Assembly: GCF_016595495.1 (NCBI RefSeq)
Contig: NZ_JAENIM010000016.1
Location: 1 to 64,000 of the forward strand
Source of the DNA: Persicirhabdus sediminis
Lineage (GTDB): Bacteria; Verrucomicrobiota; Verrucomicrobiia; Verrucomicrobiales; Akkermansiaceae
DNA length: 64,000 nt
Reading direction: 5' to 3'
Numbering within the stretch: position 1 is the stretch's first letter; each line of letters starts with the position of its first letter. The notes under the pieces are model-generated. The model saw only the letters and a program-made list of their open reading frames with translations, was not told the origin of the DNA and ran no database searches. The position numbers were made by a program, and so were the translations under genes. Positions 8,703-18,834 of the stretch are shown in pieces.

Positions 8703-11270
8703 ATGTCAAAGTCACTCATCATAGCCGAGAAGCCTTCTGTCGCGGGGGATTTATCCAAAGCTCTAGCAAAAGCTCCAGGAGTTGGAAAATTCGAGAAGAA
8801 GGGAAAAGGGAGAGATGTCTATTACGAGAATGATAACATTGTTATCTCCTCAGCGGTAGGTCATCTCGTTGAATTGCAGATGCCTACTGGGCCTACTGGC
8901 AAGAAACTGCCGTGGAACTTTAATGTGCTGCCAGCAGTGCCTGATAAGTTCACTCTGCAGCCCATCGAGGCATCAGAGCCACGTCTTAAGCAGTTGCTCA
9001 AGCTAGCGCGCCGCAAGGACGTTGATGACATCATTAATGCATGCGATGCGGGCCGTGAGGGTGAGCTGATCTTCAGCTATATCATTGAGTTGGGCAAAAT
9101 TAAGAAGCCTGTCAAGCGACTGTGGATGCAGTCGATGACACAAAATTCTATCCTGCAAGCGTGGGAGAACATGCGTAGCGCCGAGGAGATGAGCCATCTG
9201 CGTGACGCTGCTAAATGCCGATCTGAGTCTGACTGGCTGGTTGGCTTGAATGCAACTCGCGCATTGACCTGTTTCCGCTCACGTCACGGTGGATTTAATG
9301 TGACCTCAGCAGGCCGTGTGCAGACGCCTACTTTGGCGATTCTGGTGAAGCGCGAGCTAGAGATTCAGAAATTTGTGCCTGAAGATTATGCAGAGGTGCA
9401 CGCTGACTTTGAAGTTTCTTCAGGTGAATACGCTGGCCGCTGGATTGACGAATCATGGAAAAAAGATGCGGAAAAACCACACGGTCGTGCCGAGCGCATC
9501 TGGGACAAAGCAGATGCTGAGGCGATTCGCGAACGCTGTGACGGCAAGGTAGCTGAAGTTAGCGAAGAGCAAAAGCCAAGCAAACAGGCAGCTCCTCAGC
9601 TATACGATCTGACCACACTTCAACGTGAGGCATCAAGCCGTTTTGGATTCTCTGCTCAGCGCACGCTGCAGCTGGCGCAGGCATTGTACGAGAAGTACAA
9701 GATGCTTACTTATCCACGTACCGATTCTCGCTACCTTCCTGAAGATTACCTCAGCGAAGTGAAAACCACAGTGGCGGCTATCCGCGACAATGGTGGTGAG
9801 CTGGGCGATCACGCACAAGATGCGCTGAAAAATGACCGTGTTATTTTGACCAAGCGCGTTTTCAATGACGCGAAGATTTCTGATCACTTTGCGATCATTC
9901 CTACTGGCCGATTTGTAAAAATGGACGAGCAAGCTGCTAAGTTGTTTGATCTCGTAACCAAGCGATTTTTGGCGGTATTTTTCCCGCATGCTGAGTTCAT
10001 GAATACTCGTCGCATGACCCGTATCGACCACGGTGGTGGATTGGTAGACGGATTCCTGACGACTGGTAAAGTGCTGGTGAAACCAGGTTGGCTGGCTGTT
10101 TACGGTCGCCGTCCAGGTGTTTCAGCTGGTAAAGACGAGCTGTGTGCTGTGCAGGAAGGTGAGAAGGCGCAGACGCTCCATGTGGAAGTGAAACATGAAG
10201 AAACTCGCCCGCCAGCTAGATTTAACGAATCCACATTGCTTTCAGCGATGGAGGGTGCAGGCAAGTTGCTCGACGATGAAGAGCTGCGCGAAGCCATGAG
10301 CGAGCGCGGTCTGGGCACTCCAGCGACGCGTGCGGCGACGATTGAAGGTTTGATCCGTCAGAAGTACATCGAGCGCGACGGCCGTGAGATTCATGTGACA
10401 CGCCGCGGGCTCACGCTGATTGATATCGTCTTTGAGCTGAGCATTCAGCAGCTGGCATCGCCGAGCATGACTGGTGACTGGGAGTACAAATTGCGCCAGA
10501 TGGAGCAGGGTAAGCTCGCTCGCTCTGAGTTCATGCACGAGATCATTGAATTCACCAAGGACGTGGTCAACCGCGCCAAGGAGTACACTAATGAGCTCAA
10601 AAACCGCGAATTTCCTGACTTGGATGCCGCTTGCCCGATGTGTGGCAGTGAGCCAATCAAGCAAACTGACGCCACCTACGAGTGCACTAACCCTGAGTGT
10701 AAGTTTAAGACCAATAAGTACATCGCTACGCGTTTGCTTACTGAGCCGGAAGCTAAGGAGCTGTTCTCGAAGAAATTCATCGGGCCGCTGGAAGGGTTCA
10801 AATCGCGCTTCAATAAACCATTTGATGCCGCTCTCGAGCTAGACGAGAAATTCAAGGTAAACTTCGTATTTGAGAAGGACGACGACGACGTTGACGACCT
10901 GACGGATGATATGGTGATTGCCAATGTGAAGGTCTCAACTGGTAAAGAGGTGAAAATTTACGAGACCGCTAAGGCGTGGCGTGCACCAGAATTGGTCACC
11001 AAGAACGATCCTGAGGGTCTGCGTATATCGAAAGTTATTTTGCAACATGAGCTGAAAAACGAGGACGCGATCCAATTAATTAGCGAAGGTAAAACTAAAC
11101 TGATTAAAGGGTTCGTATCAAGAAGAACCAAACGTCCGTTCTCAGCCTTCCTTACCCTAGATATAAAGACTGGCAAGGTTGGCTTCGAGTTTGAACCGCG
11201 TAAAACGAGCGCTCAAAAGAAGGCGGCTAAGAAGGCCGCTCGCAAGGCGCCGAAGAAAGAAGAAGGCTAA
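8703..11270 (+). CDS. Type IA DNA topoisomerase (topoisomerase III-like N-terminus; Zn-ribbon and lysine-rich C-terminal tail). The ORF opens at 8637. The likely start is the ATG at 8703 ([12 protein letters not shown]).
   Basis: Toprim start [16 protein letters not shown], motif [12 protein letters not shown], Zn ribbon CPMCGS...[24 protein letters not shown] tail. Confidence 0.8.
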   Translation: MSKSLIIAEKPSVAGDLSKALAKAPGVGKFEKKGKGRDVYYENDNIVISSAVGHLVELQMPTGPTGKKLPWNFNVLPAVPDKFTLQPIEASEPRLKQLLKLARRKDVDDIINACDAGREGELIFSYIIELGKIKKPVKRLWMQSMTQNSILQAWENMRSAEEMSHLRDAAKCRSESDWLVGLNATRALTCFRSRHGGFNVTSAGRVQTPTLAILVKRELEIQKFVPEDYAEVHADFEVSSGEYAGRWIDESWKKDAEKPHGRAERIWDKADAEAIRERCDGKVAEVSEEQKPSKQAAPQLYDLTTLQREASSRFGFSAQRTLQLAQALYEKYKMLTYPRTDSRYLPEDYLSEVKTTVAAIRDNGGELGDHAQDALKNDRVILTKRVFNDAKISDHFAIIPTGRFVKMDEQAAKLFDLVTKRFLAVFFPHAEFMNTRRMTRIDHGGGLVDGFLTTGKVLVKPGWLAVYGRRPGVSAGKDELCAVQEGEKAQTLHVEVKHEETRPPARFNESTLLSAMEGAGKLLDDEELREAMSERGLGTPATRAATIEGLIRQKYIERDGREIHVTRRGLTLIDIVFELSIQQLASPSMTGDWEYKLRQMEQGKLARSEFMHEIIEFTKDVVNRAKEYTNELKNREFPDLDAACPMCGSEPIKQTDATYECTNPECKFKTNKYIATRLLTEPEAKELFSKKFIGPLEGFKSRFNKPFDAALELDEKFKVNFVFEKDDDDVDDLTDDMVIANVKVSTGKEVKIYETAKAWRAPELVTKNDPEGLRISKVILQHELKNEDAIQLISEGKTKLIKGFVSRRTKRPFSAFLTLDIKTGKVGFEFEPRKTSAQKKAAKKAARKAPKKEEG

Positions 11271-11397
11271 TTCTGCGTAACTTAATCTATATTGAGTGTT
11301 TAGATAAACCACCCAATAAGTGGTAAGAAATAATGGACAATTTCAGCCACCTATGGTTTTTCAAGACTCAGCAAAGCCCAGTACTCAAAAACGAACA

Positions 11398-11712
11398 ATG
11401 GATACTATTACAAAACGCGACTTGGTCATGAAGCTCAGCAATAAAACTGGCTTAAATCAACAGGAAGTTATGAGCGTTCTCGAGTCAATGCTCGAGACCG
11501 TTACTGAAGAACTCGCTAAGGGTAACTCAGTAGTAATGCGTAACTTCGGATCATTTCAAGTACGTGAAATGAAAGGAAAGATTGGACGTAATCCAAAGAA
11601 CCCAGGTAAAGACATGACAATCCCACCACGTGCGGTTGTTAAGTTCAAGCCAGGCAAAGAGATGAAAGAGAAAGTTGCTCGCATCTTGCCAGTTCTTCAG
11701 GAACGCGCTTAA
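11398..11712 (+). CDS. HU/IHF-family nucleoid-associated DNA-binding protein. The ORF is open from 11320. The start was chosen at the ATG at 11398 to give a 105-aa product.
   Basis: ITKRDLVMKLSNKTGLNQQEVMSVLESMLETVTEELAKGNSVVMRNFGSFQVRE...GRNPKNPGKDMTIPPRAVVKFKPGKEMKEKV is the classic HU/IHF arm region. Confidence 0.8.
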   Translation: MDTITKRDLVMKLSNKTGLNQQEVMSVLESMLETVTEELAKGNSVVMRNFGSFQVREMKGKIGRNPKNPGKDMTIPPRAVVKFKPGKEMKEKVARILPVLQERA

Positions 11713-11742
11713 TTCTTTTGCTTATAAAACACAACGAAATGA

Positions 11743-11773
11743 GGGAGGTCCAATTGGGCTTCCCTTTTTTTGT
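11743..11773 (+). terminator. Rho-independent terminator after the HU gene
   Basis: GGGAGGTCC-aatt-GGGCTTCCC followed by TTTTTTTTG. Confidence 0.65.
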
Positions 11774-11806
11774 TTTCTCGCCAGATCGATCGCCTATTGT
11801 GCTGAT

Positions 11807-12082
11807 ATGCCAGCGAAGAAAAAACCAGTCGATCAGCTGCAAGGTAAAGCTCTAATCAAAGAAGTTAACCGCAGGATTAGACTGGCTAGATCTCTGTGGG
11901 ATGCACATCGCAACAAGGCGTGCCGACGCGAGCGCGATGCCGCTATCGTGCTCTACGAGCGGCTCAGTACAGCTGAGCGCGAGCAGGTGCCACAGGTCTT
12001 GCGTGTCTGGCTGCGCTACCGCAGTGAGAAATATTTTGGCGACCATAGGACAAAACCAGGTGGCTCAAGTCGAAAGGCTTAG
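11807..12082 (+). CDS. Small basic hypothetical protein. The ORF is open from 11675. The ATG at 11807 (MPAKKKPVDQ) seems more plausible.
   Basis: ORF only. Arg/Lys-rich, no recognised motif. Confidence 0.3.
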   Translation: MPAKKKPVDQLQGKALIKEVNRRIRLARSLWDAHRNKACRRERDAAIVLYERLSTAEREQVPQVLRVWLRYRSEKYFGDHRTKPGGSSRKA

Positions 12083-12175
12083 TTAGCTGCTGGTTAGGGA
12101 TTTCTCCTGCTTTAAATAACTGTTTATTAGAGAACGGTTTGCAATCTGCCTTATCCGTGTAACTTCTAAGTTGTT

Positions 12176-12622
12176 ATGAATAAAAACGCAGATGTTGTAA
12201 AAGCCCTCCGTAAAGTAGTAGGAACTAGCTACGCGCTCATGGCGCAAACTCACCTGTGCCACTGGAACGTCCGTGGAGCTAACTTTTTCTCCCTCCATAC
12301 AGCCTTCGAAGAGCAGTACACTGAGCTGTTTGCTGCTATCGACGAGATCGCTGAGCGCATCAGAGCGCTGGGTGAGCTCGCTCCAGGCGGACTGGCTAGC
12401 CTCGCCGCCATCGGTCAGGTAGAAGAGATTGCAGAAGACGCAAAAGCGGCTGATATGGCGGCGCACATTGCCGCGGTGAATGCTCAGCTGGTAGAAGATC
12501 TAGCGGCTGCTCGCGATCTGGCTGGCGAAGCTGGGGACTCAGAAACCGAGGATCTCATGATTGCTAGAACGCAAGTTCACCAGAAGCACATCTGGATGCT
12601 CAAAAGCTACCTCGAAGTCTAG
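12176..12622 (+). CDS. dps: Dps (DNA protection during starvation, ferritin-like)
   Basis: 148 aa. HLCHWNVRGANFFSLHTAFEEQY...DEIAERIRALG is the canonical Dps ferroxidase-site region. Confidence 0.8.
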   Translation: MNKNADVVKALRKVVGTSYALMAQTHLCHWNVRGANFFSLHTAFEEQYTELFAAIDEIAERIRALGELAPGGLASLAAIGQVEEIAEDAKAADMAAHIAAVNAQLVEDLAAARDLAGEAGDSETEDLMIARTQVHQKHIWMLKSYLEV

Positions 12623-12676
12623 ACGGTAGAAATTTGCTAGAGAATGAGATCTCTAGCGAATTCATACGTAGAAACA

Positions 12677-12708
12677 CAAAAAGCTAGCCGTGATGGCTAG
12701 CTTTTTTG
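12677..12708. terminator. Rho-independent terminator after dps. Probably bidirectional, also serving the minus-strand tRNA-Leu.
   Basis: AAAAAGCTAGCC-gtgat-GGCTAGCTTTTTTG. Confidence 0.65.
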
Positions 12709-12738
12709 ATCTTGTCACTAGGTACTAAGTAAAGAAAG

Positions 12739-12820
12739 TACCGGCAGTGGGAATCGAACCCACACTTCCGAAGAAACGCGATTTTGAATCGCGCGCGTCT
12801 ACCAATTCCGCCATGCCGGC
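12739..12820 (-). tRNA. tRNA-Leu (anticodon CAA) with a long variable arm
   Basis: The reverse complement reads GCCGGCA-TG-GCGG-AATTGGTAGA-CGCG-C-GCGAT-TTCAAAA-TCGCG-TTTCTTCGGAAGT-GTGGG-TTCGATT-CCCAC-TGCCGGT-A. Good cloverleaf. Anticodon-loop positions 3-5 are CAA. A class II long variable arm fits Leu. Confidence 0.8.
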
Positions 12821-12898
12821 GTGACGCGGCGAATCTTCTTCATTGTGGCGAAAATGTCAACATCACAGGTGAGAAACTTGCACTTTTTTTGCCAGTGT

Positions 12899-13711
12899 TC
12901 ATTTTTGGCAATGGCCACAATAATAGGTAGATCGCTGGCCTAGCACGATGCGCTTGATAGGTTTTTGGCATTGGTGGCATTTATCTCCCTCACGGTCATA
13001 GACATCGAGTGATTGTTTGAAATAGCCTGGCTGGCCAGAGGCATTAACAAAGTCACGCAGCGTGGTGCCGCCTTGTTTGATTGCCTCAGCTAGGACTTCG
13101 CGGATGACACGGTGAAGCTTGTCTAGCCGCGCACGTGAGACCTTGTTGGCTGCGCGCTTTGGGTGAATGCCAGCGCGAAATAAGGACTCACAGGCGTAGA
13201 TGTTTCCGACGCCAACCACCACTTTCGACTGCATGATAAATGATTTGATAGATGCCCTGCTGCGCGCGCACTGCTCAGCTAAGTAGTCAGCGGTAAACTC
13301 GTCTGCTAGAGGCTCTGGACCAAGGTTTTTAATCAATGCATGTTGTTGGATATCTTCCTTTGTCCACAGCGCGCAGCCAAATCGTCGCGGGTCGTGCAAG
13401 CGCATTTCCTTGCCTGAAGTTAGCTGGATAATCAAATGATCGTGTTTTCTGTGATCATCGCTGGGCTGGCAGATGCGCAGACTGCCTGACATGCCGAGGT
13501 GGAGGAGTAACTTGCCCTTGTTAGTGTGGATGATGATGTATTTAGCGCGTCGTTCTAATTGGTTTATTTTCTGATCTATCAGTTCGCTGATCTCTGGGCT
13601 GACTGGCCAGCGCAAGTTTGCGTTACGTACAATAACATCGGCGACCACCTGATTGAGCAGGTGCGGTTCTATGCCGCGTCTAGTGGTTTCTACTTCGGGA
13701 AGTTCTGGCAT
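12899..13711 (-). CDS. mutM: Formamidopyrimidine-DNA glycosylase (Fpg/MutM)
   Basis: MPELPEVETTRRGIEP N-terminus with catalytic Pro2 and Glu3. C-terminal zinc finger CHQCQKPI...YYCGHCQK. Confidence 0.9.
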   Translation of the reverse strand: MPELPEVETTRRGIEPHLLNQVVADVIVRNANLRWPVSPEISELIDQKINQLERRAKYIIIHTNKGKLLLHLGMSGSLRICQPSDDHRKHDHLIIQLTSGKEMRLHDPRRFGCALWTKEDIQQHALIKNLGPEPLADEFTADYLAEQCARSRASIKSFIMQSKVVVGVGNIYACESLFRAGIHPKRAANKVSRARLDKLHRVIREVLAEAIKQGGTTLRDFVNASGQPGYFKQSLDVYDREGDKCHQCQKPIKRIVLGQRSTYYCGHCQK

Positions 13712-13779
13712 AATGATAGGTGAAAAAGTTGGGATTTCTATTGTCAGCTGGAGCTGACTTTTATAGATACTTGCCTAGC

Positions 13780-16035
13780 ATGAAACTAAAAAAAGTTCTC
13801 TATATACCTATTCTATCAAGTATGGTGCTCATGCCAGCTTGTAAACAGAAAGATGGTGAAGCCGCTAGTGGTGAATCTGCTAGCATTGAAGATAAGGTAG
13901 TAGACGCCGTGAAGCAGGTTGTTTCACCGGGTAAGTCAGCTGAAGAGCGCGCTGCGAAGTTAGGTTTTGCAAAGAATCTACCAGCTGATATCGAGTATTA
14001 TTCATCTGTGCAGAATGGCGCGGAATTGTTTGCGGCATTTCAAAGCTCTGCAATGGGCCAGTTGCTGATAGAGCGCATGGAGGCTGAGGGTATGACATTT
14101 GAAGATGTGCTGGGCTCACCTGAGATGAAGTCACAGCTCGCACCATATGCTGAAGATTATTTCCAAGCCTACGGCAAAGGTGGCGGCAAAGCCGCTGGGC
14201 ATGCGGTGGATTTCATCACTCAGCTAGCGTATTATGGTACTAACGCATCTATCTACACAATAGATGCTCAACAACGCGATGGGGATGGATTTGCTGATGA
14301 TTATTTAACATTTGTGAGTGGTCTGATGGATGGCCCGCTTAAAGGTTTTCCTAAAGAGTTGGTAGGCTTGTTTGGCGAGTTCGAAATGCCAGCGTATTAT
14401 CAAGGCTACAAGATTTCTAATGCTGAGGATCGCGCAGCTAACAAGGATGAAATGGATGTCATGTATGCCATGATGTTTGGTTATACCGAAGAAATGGGCA
14501 TCTCTGAGTCGATTCAGTTCACTCGTCAAGGCGCTGAATTCACTGGTTATAAAATCAACGGCGCAGGCATTGCTGCTCTCATCAATGAGGAAAATGTTGG
14601 TGAAGGCTACGGAATAATGTCTGAGATGCTTGGTGCTGAAAATCTCGAGAATTTCAAAAGCTCCATGGCTGAAAAGACGCTGGTTCTAGCTACTGCTGAA
14701 GTTGGTGACTATGTGGTGATTTTCATCGGTTCTAACGAAGATCAATGTGTATTTGTTGATAAGCCATCAGACTCTATTGTTGCTAGCGACAAGATTGCTT
14801 TTGTAGATGACTACTTAGATAAAAAGTTAGTTAGCGTGGCGCTGGCTGAAAAAGAGATGATGCAAGCAGCTGGGTCCTACGGCTCACTCTTCCAGCAGCT
14901 GCTTAATGCTGGTTTCAAAGGTCTCAAAGAAGGTGTAGAAAATGCTACCGCTCTGGGAGATACTCAAGATGTTACTGTGTTGCTAGATAGCTTGCAGAAG
15001 CAAGGCGAAGCGCTGCAGGCAATGTATAAACCTGAAGGCATGGGCATGGTTTGCTGGTTTGACAGTGGATTACATGCGGAGATGTTTGGTGGTTCTAACG
15101 CACCAGCGGTAAACTTCAGCAAAACGCATTCTTTGAGCGAGCTTGGTGCCGGTGAGAACATTCTGTTTTTTGCTAACCAAATGAACAACAAAGAGTACAG
15201 CCAAAAGGCGCTGGAGTACTTTGAGACGATTGGCGCTACTTCCTATGTGCTAACTAACCGTCTATCAGCGATGGATATTGATGATCCTGAGTTTGAGCAG
15301 TTCAAGATGATGTTCCAGATGTTTGATGGAAGCTTCAAGGCTGATCTGTTGGGCTTGTGGACTGCGCTGAGTGGAGATCTAGCTGGTGGTCTTGGTGATG
15401 AATCTGCAGTGGTGATTGATACCGCTGGTAGTCTGCCAACAGTGCCAATGATTCCTCAGGTTTTGGTGGATGAAGCAAAAGTTCCTCGTCTCGCATACGT
15501 GAGCACAGTGGAAGATCGCAGCAAACTACAGTCGTCATGGGAAAAGGTGAACGCCTCAACGCAAAACCTACTGAAGAGTGTGGGCGCGATGACTGGTATG
15601 GAAATTCCAATGCAAAAGCCAATGAGCAGCCAGATGAATGGCCTAACTAGTTGGTCATTTGCTATTCCAGGTGCTCATGATAATGCTAATTTGACTGTAT
15701 CAGTTAGTGATACAGTGTTCATTTCATCGACTTCTAAGCAATTTGCTGAGCAGCTCAATGAAATCAGCATGAAGAAGCAATCTGCAACAGTTAGCGGTAG
15801 CTACATGAAGTTAGACTTCAAAGTGGCACATAAGCTAGCTACGGATTGGTTTGCTCTCATCGAGAAAAATGCTGATGCTGTGATGGGCTCTGAGTCAGCT
15901 AAGGAAGATTTCCTAGCTAACAAAGGTGAGATCCAGAAGGTTCTTGATGCTATGGCTGAGCTCGACGAGCTGACTGTGCATATCCGTGAAGAAGACGGTG
16001 AGACACGTACTAGTGTTAGTCTGTCAGCCAAATAG
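13780..16035 (+). CDS. Large hypothetical lipoprotein or secreted protein. The ORF opens at 13720. The ATG at 13780 gives MKLKKVLYIPILSSMVLMPAC, a signal peptide with Cys.
   Basis: ORF plus signal/lipobox-like N-terminus. No recognised catalytic motif. Confidence 0.45.
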   Translation: MKLKKVLYIPILSSMVLMPACKQKDGEAASGESASIEDKVVDAVKQVVSPGKSAEERAAKLGFAKNLPADIEYYSSVQNGAELFAAFQSSAMGQLLIERMEAEGMTFEDVLGSPEMKSQLAPYAEDYFQAYGKGGGKAAGHAVDFITQLAYYGTNASIYTIDAQQRDGDGFADDYLTFVSGLMDGPLKGFPKELVGLFGEFEMPAYYQGYKISNAEDRAANKDEMDVMYAMMFGYTEEMGISESIQFTRQGAEFTGYKINGAGIAALINEENVGEGYGIMSEMLGAENLENFKSSMAEKTLVLATAEVGDYVVIFIGSNEDQCVFVDKPSDSIVASDKIAFVDDYLDKKLVSVALAEKEMMQAAGSYGSLFQQLLNAGFKGLKEGVENATALGDTQDVTVLLDSLQKQGEALQAMYKPEGMGMVCWFDSGLHAEMFGGSNAPAVNFSKTHSLSELGAGENILFFANQMNNKEYSQKALEYFETIGATSYVLTNRLSAMDIDDPEFEQFKMMFQMFDGSFKADLLGLWTALSGDLAGGLGDESAVVIDTAGSLPTVPMIPQVLVDEAKVPRLAYVSTVEDRSKLQSSWEKVNASTQNLLKSVGAMTGMEIPMQKPMSSQMNGLTSWSFAIPGAHDNANLTVSVSDTVFISSTSKQFAEQLNEISMKKQSATVSGSYMKLDFKVAHKLATDWFALIEKNADAVMGSESAKEDFLANKGEIQKVLDAMAELDELTVHIREEDGETRTSVSLSAK

Positions 16036-16086
16036 TCTTCTCTATCATTGTCTAGCTGGATGACTTCCAGCTGGGCGTGTATGATT

Positions 16087-16122
16087 TCAAAAGCTGCTCT
16101 GTGATGTCATGGAGCAGCTTTT
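16087..16122. terminator. Bidirectional terminator between the convergent genes ending at 16035 (+) and 16157 (-)
   Basis: AAAAGCTGCTC-tgtgatgtcatg-GAGCAGCTTTTTA. A-tract and T-tract flank an 11-bp stem. Just upstream is a second hairpin, AGCTGGA-tgact-TCCAGCT, at 16053-16071. Confidence 0.6.
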
Positions 16123-16156
16123 TATGTGCCCATTTAGTCAGCGTGCCGCCATCTGC

Positions 16157-17758
16157 CTACTCTTCGAGTTGGTTGATTAGAATATTGGCTGATAGGGAGT
16201 TATTATCAAGCCTCGCATCAATCTCAGGATCGGCAATGGTGGTAGTGATAGGCAGGTAGGTGCCATCAGCTGGAGTAAGTACTTGCGCCTCGTAGCTGAA
16301 CACTTCACCCGGAGCTAAGCTGGTGATGTTGACAATTCTTTCGTTGCCCGCTGCATTGATGCTGATAGGTGTGTTGATGAGTGTTTCGGTGCCGCGGTTT
16401 TGGATGTTCACCTGAATCAATGAAGGGGTGTTAGCTGCGCCTTGTTCGACGACAGCATAACCTGAAACCGCTGGGTCGTAGCGACCAGCTTGATTTCCAT
16501 TGAGCACGCGATCCATTGCAGGGATGCCGTTGCCGTATTGTTCATTTGGGCCAGCTAGTCCGCCGTCGTTAGCATAGCTGGATACGATTTCTTGTGCTTG
16601 GAAAGCATCTACTTGATAGAGCGACATGGTGGCTGCGATAATACTTGTGAGTACTGGTGCGGCGGCGGAGGTGCCAGTGAATGGGATCAGCTTGTCTGTG
16701 GACCATGCAGCGTTGAGTTGGTAGCCAGGGGCGACAAAATCCAGCGAGGGGTCACTGTTGGAGAATAGGAGATGTTGTGCATTGGCGTCGATAGCTCCCA
16801 CTGAGGTAACGGACGGGTAGGCGGCTGGATAGGCAGCGTGATCGAGTCCGTTATTGCCAGAGGCTGCGACGATGAGAACGTCGTTAGACGCTGCGTAATC
16901 TACGGCATTGGCTAGAATGTCGCTATCGCCATAAGTGCCCATGGAGATGTTAATGATATCCGCGCCTGAATCCACTGCGGTGATGATGCCTTCGGCGATG
17001 TGATAGGCTGTAGATAGACCATTTTCGTTAGCTACACGCAGTGACATGAGCTCAGCTGCTGGAGCTATGCCGGGTGTAATCTCGCTCTGACCAACAATGA
17101 TGGAGCTAACGGCTGTGCCGTGCTGGTGCTCAGTGGAGCCCTCAGTAAGCGGCATGATGGCGATGCGCTGAACATTGTCACCAATAGCTGGATGGTAGGA
17201 GAGGCCTGAGTCGAGGACGGCAACGGTGACGCCGCTGCCCCAGCTAGAATTGTCTCCTTCAATGCCTAACCATGATAAGTAATCTTGGCCAAATCCCAAA
17301 GCGTCTGGCTGGATTTCCCCAGCTGGCGGCATTGGTGGCGGGGTGACTAGGTAGTTAGCGTCTTGCTTGGCATCGCCAGCTACCTTCTTCAGTTCGTCGA
17401 TGGAGATGAAGCGCACGCGAGCGCTGAGTAATTTGTCGACCACGCCGATGAGGCGGATCTTCGATTGGTCTGCCGCAGCGATTTTTTCTAGAAATAGATC
17501 GAGTTCTTCTTGGCTAGTAAATGTGAGGATTTTTTCGTCTAGCTTGATCTCAGCTTGAGCGGCATCTGGCGCGTGAAAGTTAGCTGGCTGGCTGGCTGGG
17601 CTTTGTGTCGATTGTGCCTGTTGGGTGGTGTTTGTTCGCGCTTGATTGACGACTTTGTTGGTCTCTTCATCAGGGGCTGCTTTTCTAATGACCGCGATGC
17701 CAAGCATCAGGATAACAGCGGCTAGAGTAAGGATGAGCTTGCGGTCAAATTGGAACAT
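16157..17758 (-). CDS. Secreted subtilisin-like serine peptidase (S8 family)
   Basis: Catalytic triad contexts VAVLDSGL (Asp), HGTAVSSII (His), GTSAAAPVLTSII (Ser). N-terminal TM/signal. Confidence 0.8.
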   Translation of the reverse strand: MFQFDRKLILTLAAVILMLGIAVIRKAAPDEETNKVVNQARTNTTQQAQSTQSPASQPANFHAPDAAQAEIKLDEKILTFTSQEELDLFLEKIAAADQSKIRLIGVVDKLLSARVRFISIDELKKVAGDAKQDANYLVTPPPMPPAGEIQPDALGFGQDYLSWLGIEGDNSSWGSGVTVAVLDSGLSYHPAIGDNVQRIAIMPLTEGSTEHQHGTAVSSIIVGQSEITPGIAPAAELMSLRVANENGLSTAYHIAEGIITAVDSGADIINISMGTYGDSDILANAVDYAASNDVLIVAASGNNGLDHAAYPAAYPSVTSVGAIDANAQHLLFSNSDPSLDFVAPGYQLNAAWSTDKLIPFTGTSAAAPVLTSIIAATMSLYQVDAFQAQEIVSSYANDGGLAGPNEQYGNGIPAMDRVLNGNQAGRYDPAVSGYAVVEQGAANTPSLIQVNIQNRGTETLINTPISINAAGNERIVNITSLAPGEVFSYEAQVLTPADGTYLPITTTIADPEIDARLDNNSLSANILINQLEE

Positions 17759-18026
17759 GAAAGTGGTATTGGGTTGTGCCGTTGATTTCTGCGTGTGGGT
17801 GACGGGTAGAAAATTCCTAGCTCTAGCTGAGCTGCGAGGTGTCAGCTAGATAGGGTGGGCGGCTTGATTGAAATGGCTGCTGATTGTGTTTTCTTGCTGT
17901 GGGCAACGAATGATTGTGTGGCTAATAATAGACCATGCATGCTTATCAACCAAGCATCGATGATGTTAGTTGTGATGTTTTTTCTCCGCCAGCTAGCTTG
18001 CTGCCAATTTCTACAGCGAGCGGGTC

Positions 18027-18770
18027 TTATTTTTCAGCAATGCCAATGAAGCTGCGTGACCGTCTAAGCTCACGTAGGTAGAGCGGTTGTGCTAGCTGGG
18101 ATTTGGTCCAGAACCCGCTAGCTGACCCTTCACCGAGCACGACAGCTGTTTCAACTTTAAATGGAATCTTGGCATGGTTACTGAGTGTGTATGCCAGCGT
18201 TTTCAATGTGCAGGCAGGCGAGTAGGCGATCGCCCATTTGTTGCCGCCGTCGTGGATGATGAAGGTGCGTCGCTTGTATGAGTGAGCGTTGAGCTTGGCT
18301 GAGGTTTTGCCATCAGAGATCAGTAGCGGGCCGCTCTGCAGAAGTTGTTCCGGATTTTTCAGCGGTGATTGTAAATATTCTTTGCTAGGTTCTAGTCTAA
18401 CATTAGTGCCGTCTGTGGCTAAGATGGCGCATTGTTCGTTAGCTGTGCTGAAGGTATTAGAGATCACTTTGCCATCACAAACCGCCAAACCTTCGTGACT
18501 ACCAGATGCGGTTGCGCTAGCGCCATTACAGCCAGCAATGCAGTTGCGCTTGGCCATAGCAATTCTGAGATTTGCGTATTTTTGTTTGGAAATCCCTTCT
18601 TGGTCAATGATGAGGATGTCGTGCTTGCGGCTGTCGAAGCTGAAAAAATGCACGGTACGCTGGCTGCCATTGTAGCCTACCGGGAGCTCCAGAGCGAGAT
18701 GCTGGCCGAAGCTAGACGAGAGCGCCATGGTCATGGCGACGAGGGTGAGGGGTAGGCAATGAAGGTTCAT
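18027..18770 (-). CDS. Phosphodiester glycosidase-family protein (NAGPA-like, DUF2233), paralog 1
   Basis: The C-terminal region FIIHDGGNKWAIAYSPACTLKTLAYTL..AVVLGEGSASGFW parallels the neighbouring paralog (FIIWNGQHHWAIGYSSICSLNDLAAAL..ALNLDGGRSSDMW). Signal peptide. Confidence 0.55.
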   Translation of the reverse strand: MNLHCLPLTLVAMTMALSSSFGQHLALELPVGYNGSQRTVHFFSFDSRKHDILIIDQEGISKQKYANLRIAMAKRNCIAGCNGASATASGSHEGLAVCDGKVISNTFSTANEQCAILATDGTNVRLEPSKEYLQSPLKNPEQLLQSGPLLISDGKTSAKLNAHSYKRRTFIIHDGGNKWAIAYSPACTLKTLAYTLSNHAKIPFKVETAVVLGEGSASGFWTKSQLAQPLYLRELRRSRSFIGIAEK

Positions 18771-18834
18771 GGTGTTGCGGTTTTTGTGGACTACAGCAGG
18801 TGGTAAACACCAGTTATACGCATATGGAGCGATG